From a virus (Duplodnaviria > Caudoviricetes): a stretch of 64,000 bases of DNA. Below the pieces are notes generated by a model. That model saw only the letters and a program-made list of their open reading frames with translations. It was not told the DNA's origin and did not search any database. Where the stretch lies: IMG/VR virus record IMGVR_UViG_3300029705_000039; one strand, written 5' to 3'. This document shows, piece after piece, positions 10,940-22,747 of this stretch. Both the position numbers and the translations under genes were made by a program. Within the stretch, counting starts at the first letter, position 1. Every line of letters begins with the position of its first letter.

Positions 10940-11707
10940 ATGGGTAATTTTATAGATTTGACTGGGCAAAAATTTTCACGGCTTACTGTAGTTGAACGCG
11001 ATTATAATTCAAAAATGGCTTAGAAATATAAAGTAGCATATTGGCTATGTAAATGTGATTGCGGTAATCCTAATTTAGTAAGTGTATCTTCTTCAAATTT
11101 ACGGCGTAATCAGGTTAAATCTTGCGGCTGTTTAAATCATGAAAAACGAGGACCGCGAGTTGTGCCTGATATGACTGGGCAAGTTTTTGGAGAATTAACT
11201 GTTTTAAGTCGTAACTTAGATTATTATGAATTAAAATAGAACGGAAGAAGTTATTGGAATTGTTTATGCTCTTGTGGTAATATTTGTGTTTATAGTAATA
11301 ATGCCTTAAAAACCGGACGTGCTATTTCTTGTGGTTGCTAGAAATCAAAAGGTGAGGCTTATATTAAAAGACTTTTATAGAAGGCTAATGTTGAATTCCA
11401 ATATTAGAGTAATCCATATAATTGGAAATTATCTTCTGGTTGGCAACCGCATTTTGATTTTTTCATTCATCATCCTATTACAAACAAGTGGTTCTTTTTA
11501 GAATATGATGGACGGTAGCATTATGAAGCTGATAAAAATGGATGGAATACAAATGAAAAATTAATTATTACTTAGCAACATGATTTAGAAAAGAATAAAC
11601 TTTGTTTTAAAAATCATATTCCTTTAAAACGTATCCCCTATTGGAAATTAGAAAATATAACAATTGAAAATATCTTAGATGATACATTTTTAATAAAGGA
11701 GAAGTAA
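10940..11707 (+). CDS. Putative homing endonuclease (repeated DLTGQKF/CKCDCG modules plus Vsr/PD-(D/E)XK-like nuclease domain), code 15
   Basis: MGNFIDLTGQKFSRLTV...WLCKCDCGN, second copy DMTGQVFGELTV; C-terminal FDF...LEYDGR(TAG)H; frame open only if TAG is read. Confidence 0.8.
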
Positions 11708-11852
11708 TTTATAGGCGGTATGTAAATTATATAAATCTAAATTATATGAATGATTATTGGGGCGAACCTTTTTAAGTGGCATTTGCCACTTTTATTTTTT
11801 GACTTTTTTTAAATTTTAGTATATAATATTCATATAAGGAGGAGAATATATA

Positions 11853-12875
11853 ATGAAAATCCCAACTCCTAACTTAATTGAATTATTGCGGCGACCCATT
11901 CCTCGAAATCGATGGGCGGGTGTTCCGTTATATGAGGATTTGACTAAAATCGAAAATATTATGAAAGAAGCCGCGGCTCAATTAGAGTGGTTTCTAAATT
12001 ATGTAGAGAAAGGAAAGAAAACTAATGAGAAAAAAGATAATGCCATATGATTGGCGTAAAAAGCACCCTCGATGTTGGTTTTGTAAATATTATAAACTTG
12101 CTATTCCCGCTGGAGCGCATGGTATGGGTTTGCCAGACTTTTTTAAGTGTTTGGTAAAAGAAAAAACAATTAATTGCCCTAAAATGCCGCGACCTTGGTG
12201 TAAATGTTATACTGTAGAACAAATTAAAATATTCGAAGAGGAGTTAGTTTCTAATGCGAAAAGTTGAATATTGGGAAGCCTTTGACGGTAAGAGATTTGA
12301 AGAAGAAAGTGCATGTGATGCTTATGAAAAAGCGCATCCTTTCTTTGACAACAAACGTATTCAGTTCTATTCTAATAATGGGCATTTAATTAGTAAACCT
12401 TGTGAAAATGTTTTCTTAGATAGTAATAGATTTGAAGTCTTTGATAAAGAGGCTTTAGAGGCTTATGCTGATTATTGTAATTTTTTACACATCAAAGCAC
12501 CGATGCGGCCCACTTTAGTGGCAGGCTTTCCGCTACACTATCTGTTTCTAAATGGAACATGGAAGTGTATTGAAGAAGAAATTTTTCGATTGCACGATTC
12601 TTTACTTAATGATTTTAATAGCAATGTCATTGAGGATATTGATGAGCATCACGATTTAATGGAGTTTAATAATGAAGAAGCATAAAATTAATTGGAAACG
12701 CCTATGGTGGGCTATTAAAGAAGAACTTGGCATTTTATTGTTTGTTGCCATTATGCTCATTTTTATCGCCATCCCTTGGGCTCTTATATTTTTCACTGGT
12801 TCTTATTGGTGGATTTTACTATATCCCGCGGCTTTCTTTATTGGTGGCGTATATGAAAAATATAATGGGAGATAA
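11853..12875 (+). other. Run of four small overlapping hypothetical genes (11853, 12025, 12254, 12672)
   Basis: Contiguous ORFs with RBS and overlaps downstream of a TTGACT/TATAAT promoter. Confidence 0.6.
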
Positions 12876-12877
12876 AT

Positions 12878-13465
12878 ATGAATATTAAGAATGTTTGGCT
12901 TCATCTTCGTAAAATCCAAATCCATCGTAAGTGGGTGAGACATTATTGCTTTGCTATTGGTCTTTATAAGCAAGGTTTGCTTCATGACCTTTCTAAATAT
13001 TCTCCTACGGAGTTTTGGGAGAGTGTAAAATACTATCAGGGCGCCAGTTCTCCCATTGATGCCTCTAAAGCAGAAAATGGCTATTCTATGGCATGGTTTC
13101 ATCACCGCGGCCGCAACTATCATCACTATGAAATGTGGCAGGATGACTTTGACCACGGCGGCAAGTCGCTTTTAATGCCTTATGAGTATTTCGCAGAAAT
13201 GATTTGTGATTATTTGGCGGCCGGTCGTGCTTATATGGGTGATAGGTTTTCTTTTGTAGCAGAAAACGAATGGTGGAAAAAGAAGAAAGCCAAGGGTTTG
13301 GCTATGCCAGCAAATCAGATAAAGATGATTGATTTTATTTTTAATCTGCTCGCTGAGCGTGAAGAACGAGACGGTATGACTTGGACAGAAAAATGGTTTA
13401 CCGAATCAATCAGCGGACAGACGTTAATTCTAATGACTTATAATTATTATAAGGAGCATAATTAA
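12878..13465 (+). CDS. DUF5662-like HD-domain-related protein
   Basis: GLLHDLSKYSPTEF...AWFHHRGRNYHHYE...EMICD. Confidence 0.7.
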   Translation: MNIKNVWLHLRKIQIHRKWVRHYCFAIGLYKQGLLHDLSKYSPTEFWESVKYYQGASSPIDASKAENGYSMAWFHHRGRNYHHYEMWQDDFDHGGKSLLMPYEYFAEMICDYLAAGRAYMGDRFSFVAENEWWKKKKAKGLAMPANQIKMIDFIFNLLAEREERDGMTWTEKWFTESISGQTLILMTYNYYKEHN

Positions 13466-13678
13466 TGGGTTTACAAATTTTTGTATTAGGTATTATATTT
13501 ACCCTACTTGGTTTCGCTATTAGTTGGATACTTGAAATGTGTCGCATTACTATCTATTGGAATTTTTGGGTGGCGTTTTTATTTATAACCTTAAGCACGG
13601 CGTTTATTGGCGGATGTATTTGGATTGTTGAGTGTTTTGTGATGTTTATTAATCTATTTATTTAAAGAAGGAAGAAAA

Positions 13679-14428
13679 ATGAAATATTATTGTTTCAGTG
13701 ATATTCACGGCCATAAAGCCCTATTCAAAAAAATCTTAAAATTCCTCCAAAAACAGTCCGAACCTTGGAAATGTGTCTTTTTAGGTGATGCCGCGGACAG
13801 AAAAGAAGATGGTTATGAGATTATTAAGTATCTTTTAAATGATAAAGAACATTTTATTTACCTTAAAGGCAATCACGAAGATATGTTGGTATTGGCGGCC
13901 AAAGCATTCTACAAGCACTTCGCCGAGGATAGATATACCCTAAAAGCACATTATGGCGAAAGTGAAGCCGAAGAACTGGCACTTTTATATTCTTACGATT
14001 GGGATATTAGTCTTTATCTCCAAAATGGCGGTCTTAGCACCTTTAAGGATTGGATTAGAGATGGCGCACCTATGCGCGTAATTAATGCTCTCGATAAGTT
14101 GCCCACCAGTTATGAATATATAAACAAAAGTGGCAAGAGTATCTATTGCTGTCACGCAGGCCATCTTCTTAACAAAAGTGATAGCCCTATTTGGAGCCGT
14201 GAGCATTTCCAAGAGGCTTGGCCGCGTGGTTTGATGATACATGGCCATACGCCAGTAAGAAGCCTAATGAAGTTAGGTATATCTATTAATCCTGCCGCAA
14301 CTAATCATCCAGCTTTTTATCAGGAAAATACCAAAGTAGATATTGATACTGGTTGCTTTTGTAGCGATACAATTAATCTAATGGACTTAGATACTTTGGA
14401 AAGTAAAGTTTTTACTACTCTAATTTGA
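13679..14428 (+). CDS. Metallophosphoesterase (Ser/Thr phosphatase-like)
   Basis: SDIHG, LGDAADR, KGNHE, HAG, HGHTP, IDTG motifs. Confidence 0.85.
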   Translation: MKYYCFSDIHGHKALFKKILKFLQKQSEPWKCVFLGDAADRKEDGYEIIKYLLNDKEHFIYLKGNHEDMLVLAAKAFYKHFAEDRYTLKAHYGESEAEELALLYSYDWDISLYLQNGGLSTFKDWIRDGAPMRVINALDKLPTSYEYINKSGKSIYCCHAGHLLNKSDSPIWSREHFQEAWPRGLMIHGHTPVRSLMKLGISINPAATNHPAFYQENTKVDIDTGCFCSDTINLMDLDTLESKVFTTLI

Positions 14429-14487
14429 CAAAAGTAAAATTTTAATATATAATATATTTGTAAATGAGAAAGGAAAGGACAATGTAT

Positions 14488-14964
14488 ATGAAGAAAATCT
14501 ATCTTGCTGGTTCTTGTGCTAAAGAAGAGCGTAGTCGTATGGAAGAAATTGCTGCGGCTTTGCGAGAAAAAGGATATAAAGTATATTGTCCTTTTGAACT
14601 GAAAATTCCTAATGCTTGGGATTATTCTCAGGAAACTTGGGCGCGAAAGGTTTTTGATGCCGATGTGGCCGCTATTGATGACTGCGATATTATGATAATG
14701 GTCTCTAAGGGCCGTATGTCGTCTGCCGGTACTAATTGGGAGCAAGGATATGCTTATGCTAAGAATAAACCTATCTTTGTATTTCAATATACGAATGATA
14801 CCACTAGTCTTATGACCTATAGTGGTTGTACAAGATTTATTAATCTTCCTGCGGAGGTTGATGAAAAATTAAATATGCCCGCTTGTATCGCAGAATATCC
14901 TTATGAAATGTGGATTCGCACCCGAAATCGCGGTCTTAATCCTTGTTGTACTATTCTAACTTAA
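14488..14964 (+). CDS. Nucleoside 2-deoxyribosyltransferase-like / dNMP N-hydrolase
   Basis: KIYLAG...D..AIDDCD...SAGTNWEQGYAYA. Confidence 0.8.
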   Translation: MKKIYLAGSCAKEERSRMEEIAAALREKGYKVYCPFELKIPNAWDYSQETWARKVFDADVAAIDDCDIMIMVSKGRMSSAGTNWEQGYAYAKNKPIFVFQYTNDTTSLMTYSGCTRFINLPAEVDEKLNMPACIAEYPYEMWIRTRNRGLNPCCTILT

Positions 14965-15014
14965 CGGTTCTTGCCTTAGAACCTTACAAATAATGAAAAG
15001 GAGAAGAATAATAT

Positions 15015-17614
15015 ATGAATACTTTTATGAATGGTCTAAAAAATACTACTAATTATGGTTATACCGAAAATGGAGCAATCAAGCATAATACTACTAAGTC
15101 CGCTCTATTGGATATGTTTGCTATGGGCGCTTCTATGCGTAATCGCAGTGATAATGATGTTATTCTGATGTTTAAGAATGCCTATGAGGAAAATCCCGAA
15201 TATGCTCTGAAGTGCCTATTCTATATCCGTGACATTCGCGGTGGTAAGCTCTTTGCCTGAGCCACCCTAAGCAGTAATGTTTAGTAAAAACTCTTTGAAC
15301 CCATGCTAAAGGGGTGTCGGTTTATCCGGCTAACGGTCCAGAAGTAAGTAATTACATTATGGGTAAGGGAACCTAAGTCCTAATAGGATACGGCAATACC
15401 GTGCTAAGCAACATTTTATCCAACAGAAAAATTTTCTATCTAAATAATCCCATTCTTTCACCTTTAAGGTGAAGGGGGTGAATTCTAAAATGGGATTCAT
15501 TTATAAGATTGAAAATTCAATTAATAATAAAATCTATATTGGTTTAACTAAAAAGGCTCGCCCGAGTGATAGATTTAGCCAGCACAGGTATTTAGCTCGT
15601 CACTTAAAAGAAAATGATAAATCTTTGCTACATAAGGCTATGGCAAAGTATGGAGTGGATAATTTCACTTTTACTGTCATTGAAGAAGTAGAAAATGAGT
15701 TAATGCCTATACGCGAATAGTATTGGATACAAGAATATAATTCGCAGCAACCTAATGGCTATAATATTACTGAAGGCGGCGAAGGAACGCCAGGTTTTTC
15801 TCGTCCTCAAGCTTAGGAAGAGCGTAAAAAACGCAGTATTAGTAATAAACAATTCTTCCAAGAACATCCCGAGGTTAGAGAAGTAGTTCGTGAAAGAACT
15901 AAACAATTATGGCAAAATGATGAATATAGATAGAAAGTAACTGAAAGCAATAAACGTTTTTATGCAGAACATCCAGATATGTTTCGTGGCGAAAATAATC
16001 CCTTTTATGGGAAGCATCACACAGAAGAAACTATTTAGAAAATTCGTTCTAAATCAAAATGCCAAGCTATAGCTCAGTTAAACAAAGATACCTATGAAGT
16101 AATTCAAGTATTTGACGGAGTAAAAGCAGCAGAAAAAGCATTAAGCGTTTCTCATGGCTGGCTTAGCAAAGCCGCACGAGCCGATAAAATTGCTTACGGT
16201 TTCCGTTGGAAATTTATTGAAAGTGTAACGACTAATTGTAATTCGGAGATTAGCACCGAATGAAGTGGAGAGCCCCTATATAGAATAGGGTGAAGAGATA
16301 GTCTGCGGAGCTATGAAAATAGCTTTTCAAGTGCAAGGAGAAAGACGCTTCTTCCGCGTTTGTATGAATTGGCTTGCAAAGAATGATGCTGCCGCCGCAG
16401 AGCGTAATATGAAATATATTGCAGAATTTGGTCGTTGGGATGACCTTTATACCTTTATTGATACCCCTCTGTCTGCTGAAGCTCTGGAAATTATTAAAAA
16501 GCAATTCATTCTTGACCTGTCTTGCGAGACTCCTTCTCTGCTTGCAAAGTGGATGAAGAGCGAAAATGCCTCTTCAAAGGAAACCAAGCGTCTTGCGGAA
16601 ATTACTCGTAAGTATATTGGTCTGTCTCATAAGGAATACCGTAAGGCCCTGTCTGTTCTACGTAAGCGCATCAATGTTCTTGAGCGTCTGATGTCTGCCG
16701 GTAAGTGGGACGAGATTGAGTTCGACAAGATTCCTTCTAAGGCAGGTCTAATTTACAAGAATGCCTTTGCTCGTCACGATATTATCAAGGAAAAGTATAA
16801 GGCTTTTGCGCAGGATAAGACTACTAAGGTAAATGCGGGCGCTCTGTATCCTTATGAAGTTGTAGAAAAGGCCCTTCGGTGCCGCTATAGTTTGATGGAT
16901 AATACTGACCGTCTGATGGTTAATAAGTATTGGGAAAATCTGCCTAATTGGGTAAAGGATGCGAATTTTAACGGTATTTGTGTTTGCGACACCAGCGGCA
17001 GTATGTCAGGAACTCCCATTAACGTGGCAATTTCTCTGTCTCTTTACTGCGCGGAACGTGCGGGTGGTCCTTTTGCGAACCATTATATCTCTTTTGCATC
17101 TCGTCCTCAGTTGATTGAAACTAAGGGTGTGGATTTTGTTGACAAGGTTCGTCGCATTTATGATACTAATCTTGTTGATAATACCAACATCGAGGCTGTA
17201 TTTGACTTATTGCTGGATACTGCCATTCAGAATAATTGTTCTCAGGAAGAAATTCCTCAGAACGTTGTGATTATTTCTGATATGGAATTTGATGCGGCCG
17301 CACATTCTTCCGATATCTATAGTTGGTATCGTAATGCCGCGCCTGCTCCTTCCTATAATCTTAATCGTAATAATGTTGAAACCGTAATGGAAGGCGTTGC
17401 TCATAAGTGGGCACAGCACGGTTATAAGATGCCTCATATTGTATATTGGAATTGTGATGCTCGTAATGATAATATTCCTATGATTGGTGAGGGCTTGATT
17501 TCTTATGTAAGTGGCTTTAGTCCCTCTATTTTCCAGACTATTCTTACTGGTAAAACTGGCTATGATTTGATGTTCGAAGCTTTGAATAATGAGCGTTATG
17601 CCGTAATTCACTAA
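15015..17614 (+). CDS. DUF2828-family vWA-domain protein (possibly Ro60/TROVE-like); two exons, 15015-15245 and 16334-17614
   Basis: Splicing gives FYIRDIRGG|QGERRFFR; TENGA N-terminus, GRWDDL, MIDAS-like DTSGSM and ISDMEFD; about 503 aa. Confidence 0.8.
15246..16333 (+). mobile_element. Group I intron carrying a homing endonuclease
   Basis: P1 GGTGGT/GCCACC with U.G at the 5' splice site, terminal G16333, R-like GTAACGACTA and S-like AAGAGATAGTCTG core elements; removal restores the frame. Confidence 0.85.
15490..16263 (+). CDS. Intron-encoded GIY-YIG homing endonuclease with NUMOD3 motif (code 15, 4 TAG)
   Basis: GFIYKIEN...IYIG; GYNITEGG; GENNPFYGKHHTEET; ends at TGA 16263. Confidence 0.85.
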
Positions 17615-17925
17615 TATATAACCCGATAGGTTTCCTATCGGGTTTAAAATTGACATTTTGAAAATTATAGTATATAATATTTATAGTAAATGAGAAAGGA
17701 AGTAGCCTAACGATGAAAGGTTCATTTAACTCAGATATGACTCAATATTACATCAAAGGCACGACCTTTGAAGAATTGGACTTTGTTGAAAATGTTTTAG
17801 ATGATGAACTATTTAAAATGGGATATAGATTTTCACAGTATAGAGCTATTCCTGTAAAACTGCCGCATATTGAATTCTGTGTTGTTTATGATGTTCCTTT
17901 TATTTATTGGTTTTCTTCTAAAAGT

Positions 17926-17954
17926 TTGACAATTTAAAAAATCTAATGTATAAT
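17926..17954 (+). promoter_or_regulatory. sigmaA-type promoter upstream of the tRNA-like element
   Basis: TTGACA-17-TATAAT. Confidence 0.75.
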
Positions 17955-18019
17955 ATATACATAAGATACGGGAAGCCAACCCATAAAATGCGGCCGACCC
18001 GGGCAACGTTCCCGGACAA

Positions 18020-18099
18020 GGGAAGATGGCGAAAATGGTATACGCGCCGCAAAGTCGGAGTAAGCGGTTTTATAGGTTCGAATCCTATTCTTCTCACCA
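18020..18099 (+). ncRNA. tRNA-like RNA without a canonical anticodon loop
   Basis: GGGAAGA/TCTTCTC acceptor stem plus ACCA, D arm, T arm ATAGG-TTCGAAT-CCTAT; anticodon arm is a 4-bp stem with a 13-nt loop. Confidence 0.7.
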
Positions 18100-18837
18100 T
18101 ATTGTAATAAGGAGTAAAAAAATGAGTAAATATATTATTGGTATTTTAATGGGGATTCTCTTGACTTTAATAGTTGTTTCTACTATTTATCCCAGTATTT
18201 ATACAGATATGCAAACTGGTAATTTTTGGCAAGATGTTGCTAATGTAATTAATAATTGGATTACTACTATAAGAGAGGCGGGTGCGCAGTAATGGCTAAT
18301 AAAAAGCCCAAAACTAATATTGAAATTATTCAATCTATGCGTAATGATTGGGGCGACATAAAGCCTTATACTCGTATCCACGAAAGTAAGAAATATAAGC
18401 GGCCTAAGCATAAGAAACGAGAGGAAGAACGAGATTATGAGTAAGTTTGATAAAATTTGTGACCGAATCCAAAAGACGGCTTCATTGTGTTATCTGTTTT
18501 TCATGGCTACTTATAGTTTTAGTATTTTCTCTCAAAACCCCGATAACTGGTTCCCATTTATTATTGGTAGTGTGCACGCTTTAGCTTTGTCTTTCATTAT
18601 GGTAATAAAGTGGGAGAAATAAAGTGAAAGAATATATCATTGTAGGCAATACTACACAATATCAAAATTGTCTTATTGCCGTTTGTGGCGTAAGTAAAGC
18701 ATACGCAAATGATTGTCTAAAACAATATCAAATTAATCCTGAGTATAAAGATTATACTAATATTCATATCGAAGAAACCGACATTAATGATTCGTGGTGG
18801 AAATATGAATACGACTAAAGAAAGGAAGTAAAATAAA

Positions 18838-19284
18838 ATGACTATTGAAACTCTCCAGTCCGAAATGATTACCGCAATGAAGAGCGGCAATAAAAACCGT
18901 AAGACCGCAATTTCTGGCTATATCGCTGCCATTAAAAAGGCGGCAATTGATAAGGGTTGTCGCGACAATATTGATGAAAAGTTTGTAAATACCGAACTTA
19001 TTAAGATTCAGAAGTCTGTAAAGGAACAGGTAGATACTTGCCCCGCTTCTCGTGCTGACCTACTGGAAAAGTATAAAGCCGAACTTGAAATTATTAATGA
19101 GTTTGCTCCTGCACTTATTAGTAATCCTAATCGTATTGCGGAAATTCTACGAGATGAGTATGAAGGCCCTGTTGATAAGAAAAATCTTATGAAGTTCCTT
19201 AATACGAATTTCCGCGGCCACATGGATATGAGTGTTGCCGCGAAAGTTGTGGATGTTTATATTAGTGAGGTTAAGGAAGTATGA
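18838..19284 (+). CDS. GatB/YqeY domain protein
   Basis: LQSEMITAMKSGNK...IAAIKKAAID...ELEIINEFAP. Confidence 0.75.
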   Translation: MTIETLQSEMITAMKSGNKNRKTAISGYIAAIKKAAIDKGCRDNIDEKFVNTELIKIQKSVKEQVDTCPASRADLLEKYKAELEIINEFAPALISNPNRIAEILRDEYEGPVDKKNLMKFLNTNFRGHMDMSVAAKVVDVYISEVKEV

Positions 19285-19905
19285 TGGAAGGTATTGAGAT
19301 TCTTTCTATTGGAGAAATTGGCGTTAATCCAGTATTTAATTGGACCGCCGCGATCATTGGTGGAGTATTAATTGGGTTAATTGCGGCGTTTTTTATTGGT
19401 TTGAGTGAAGACAGTCTAGGTCTTTTTATTATAATGTTTATCCTTTGGACGCCATTTTTTGGAGCTATATGCGGCTTTAGTATTGAGAAATATGCCGATA
19501 CAGCTCCAACTTATAAGGTTGTTATTGGCGATACAGTTAGCCTTAATGAGTTTTATGATAGATATGAAGTTTTGGAACAAGATGGTAAGATTTTTACAAT
19601 AATGGAGAGGATGCCAGATGCAGATTAAAACTTTTACTAAAGATACTGCATCCTTAGAAGAAATTGAACTTTTAAATAAAGTCATTGCTTATTCTATCGC
19701 AAATGGCGGCGATAGTGGTGGCCCGTATTTTAGTTGTGAGAATGATTTATATCAAATATTAAATGATTATCTTTGGTATCGTAATTGGCAAGATGGCTTT
19801 ATTATAAGACCTCAAGATGTGACTCTCACGCATAATAACTATAAAGTTATTTATTTTAATGTTCCTCAAATTGTAGGAATTGAATAAAAGAAAGGAATAA
19901 GAATT

Positions 19906-21381
19906 ATGGCATATTGTGGTTATATTACTCGTCTAAAGAATGTGCGTAAGCATTCTAATGCTGACCGTCTGCTTCTTGCGGATTGTTTTGGTAATACTGT
20001 AATTGTATCTTTAGATTATGTTGAAAATCAGTTGGGTGTCTACTTTCCTTGTGATTTGCAGCTATCCGAAGAGTTCTGCGCCGCCAACGACCTTGTTCGT
20101 CGTAAGGACGAAAATGGTAATCCCGCTGGTGGTTATCTTGACCCTGATAAGCGAAACATCAAGGCTATGAAGCTTCGCGGCGAAAAGTCTGATGGTCTGT
20201 TCTTGCCGCTTACTTCTCTGGCGAACTTTACTACTATTTCTGACCTAAAGGAAGGCGACACCATTACTATTTTGAATGGTGTAGAGATTTGTAAGAAGTA
20301 TATTCCTAAGGTTAAGAATCGCGGAGAATGGCATGGTGGCTCCAGGGGCCGCAAGACCAAGGTAAATTTTGCCCCTACCTTCGCACAGCACGTAGATACC
20401 GAGCAGTTGGCTTATCATTTAAATGATTTCCGTGCGGGTGATGTAGTTGAACTTACTTTGAAGATGCATGGCACCTCTGGCCGCACTGGCTACTTGCCGC
20501 TTATTAAAGGCTATGCTGACTCTTTTGGTTGCACCGCAGGCAACATTATTCGTAAGATTTCTGCTCGTCTATTGAAGCGGCCCATTCCTGAACTTCATCA
20601 CGATGGTAAGCCTATTTATGAATATGGCTATGTGACTGGCACTCGTCGTGTTGTGCTTGATGAAAAGCACGATGGTGGTTTCTATGATGATAATCAGTTC
20701 CGCCTTGAAATGGCTAAGAAGTTTGAAGGTAAGCTTCATAAGGGCGAGACTGTTTATTACGAGATTGTTGGTTTCGTAAATGAAAATACTCCTATTATGG
20801 CATCTGTGAAGAACTCTAAGATTAAGGATAAAGAGTTCTCTAAGATGTATGGTGAAGAAACTGTATTCTCTTATGGTTGCGACCCTCAGGGTCGTTGGGA
20901 AGAGGTGCGTTATACTGTTCCGGCCGATGAACCTGGCGATGATGGTATTCTTCCTCCCAAGTGCGAAGTTTATATTTATCGTATGACTATGTCTAATGAC
21001 GAAGGCGATGTTGTTGAAATGTCTCCCGAACAGATGCGTCTGCGTTGCGACCAGATGGGCGTAAAGTATGTGCCGGTATTTGAGAAGTTTATGATTCCGG
21101 ACATGGGTGTAGATGTTGATAAGGATGGTATCGCGGACGCTCATGTTATCTCTCCTGGCGAATATGTTCTGCGTAAGGTGGAGCAGTATTTTGATGGTCC
21201 CGATCCTATTGGTAAGACTCATATCCGCGAAGGCGTTGTAGCGAGAATTGTAAATCGTCCTACCATTGCGGTATACAAACACAAGAACTTTAACTTCAAA
21301 ATTCTCGAAGGAATTATTAAAGATGAAGCTTCCGCTCCTGATATGGAAGAAGCTCAGGATGTTATTAACGAAGGAGTATAA
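19906..21381 (+). CDS. ATP-dependent RNA ligase (DRB0094-like, with N-terminal OB-fold)
   Basis: N-terminal RKHSNADRL and KLRGEKSDG; nucleotidyltransferase motifs KMHGTS (I), EGVV (IV), YKHK (V). Confidence 0.75.
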   Translation: MAYCGYITRLKNVRKHSNADRLLLADCFGNTVIVSLDYVENQLGVYFPCDLQLSEEFCAANDLVRRKDENGNPAGGYLDPDKRNIKAMKLRGEKSDGLFLPLTSLANFTTISDLKEGDTITILNGVEICKKYIPKVKNRGEWHGGSRGRKTKVNFAPTFAQHVDTEQLAYHLNDFRAGDVVELTLKMHGTSGRTGYLPLIKGYADSFGCTAGNIIRKISARLLKRPIPELHHDGKPIYEYGYVTGTRRVVLDEKHDGGFYDDNQFRLEMAKKFEGKLHKGETVYYEIVGFVNENTPIMASVKNSKIKDKEFSKMYGEETVFSYGCDPQGRWEEVRYTVPADEPGDDGILPPKCEVYIYRMTMSNDEGDVVEMSPEQMRLRCDQMGVKYVPVFEKFMIPDMGVDVDKDGIADAHVISPGEYVLRKVEQYFDGPDPIGKTHIREGVVARIVNRPTIAVYKHKNFNFKILEGIIKDEASAPDMEEAQDVINEGV

Positions 21382-21386
21382 AAATA

Positions 21387-21899
21387 ATGAAGAAAGTGAT
21401 TAAAATTGCTATTATTGCAATTGTTGCTGTTATACTTTTTGCCGGTATCCCGACTTTTATTTTCACCGGCATGGTTCTTGACAATCTTAGCACTGAACTT
21501 AATGCCACTCCCGCGCCGGTAATGGCACATTCTTTAAATGAAATGGTTACTTTACCTAACCATAAAGTCTCTATCAGTAATCCTGCGGCCGCCGCGATTA
21601 ATGAATATATGCATGTCCCCGAGGGCATTGAAGTTATTGAAATTCCTTTAACCATTTATAATACTGATACTAATGAAATGTATGTAGCCGCATCTTCCTT
21701 TAAACTTTATAAAAATAATATGCTATGCGAAGATTATATTTACGGTGAAAAATGGTTTATGGGTGAGACTGTAGGCGGTGGCCGCGCTTTTCAGGGATAC
21801 TTATACTATCAGGTTCCTGTGAGCACTGGTGATAGTGTGCTTGAACTGGAATATATTTATGATTATCACGGTTCAAAGGTAATTTTTAAGATTAACTAA
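21387..21899 (+). CDS. Membrane-anchored DUF4352-like protein
   Basis: N-terminal TM helix, then SSFKL...GYLYYQVP beta-sandwich pattern. Confidence 0.55.
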   Translation: MKKVIKIAIIAIVAVILFAGIPTFIFTGMVLDNLSTELNATPAPVMAHSLNEMVTLPNHKVSISNPAAAAINEYMHVPEGIEVIEIPLTIYNTDTNEMYVAASSFKLYKNNMLCEDYIYGEKWFMGETVGGGRAFQGYLYYQVPVSTGDSVLELEYIYDYHGSKVIFKIN

Positions 21900-22747
21900 T
21901 TCTATTGGAGGCGGAGTAGTCCGCCTCCTAAGGAGATTTTATGGAGCCATTATATAAATTTCTAAAGTTATTAGATGACCATATTGGCAATTGGATTGCT
22001 GATGATGATGAAATGGATAACGCTTTACTTCATCACCACGACCATGTTTGTTGGCTAAATCCTACTGAGACTCTTCACTCTCGCCACACTCGTAGAATGT
22101 GTAAGAAATTTTGTAAAAGAAACAATGTGCCCAAAAATCCGGATTATCCTAAAGAATACGATTGCGATAATTGTTCTAACTTAATTATTCGTTATAAGTA
22201 TAAAAATGATTTTATCGCTGCCTTTGGTAATTCTTATTTATATAAAAAGGAAGGTAAAATGGAATGAAAAACTACCTCAATGTAAGCCATTTTCATGCTT
22301 CCGGCAAGGACGCCAAACGCCGCAAAAAGAAGTGGAAACGTCAACGTATTAGTCGCGGCTTTTCTGATTGGGATTGTTGGGATTTGGATTATTTTTTGTG
22401 TAATTTGTTGGCAACGTCTTTGAGGCACTATGCTATGCATACGATTGGTTATAGTTCAGCAGTTGCTTCCACTTTTGAGGAGTATCAAGAACGCATTCTT
22501 CGTCTTGCCGATATGTTTGAAGAGATGGCTAATTGGGAAGAAACTCATAATCCTACCGAGGAAGATATTGAAAATGGGTTTAATTGGTATAAAGAAAATA
22601 GTGAGCAATTGGACGCTCTTACTAAAAAGGCTTTTGCGGAAATGGCAGAAGTATTTTGGAGCCTATGGGATTAAATCGCATAGGCTTTTTAATTTGACAA
22701 AAATAAAATTTTATTATATAATGTATATAGAAAGTGAGGCAATAACT

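Noticed and set aside
17979-17989. ACCCATAAAAT shared with 50186-50196
   Set aside because: One AT-rich 11-mer match is expected by chance in 64 kb
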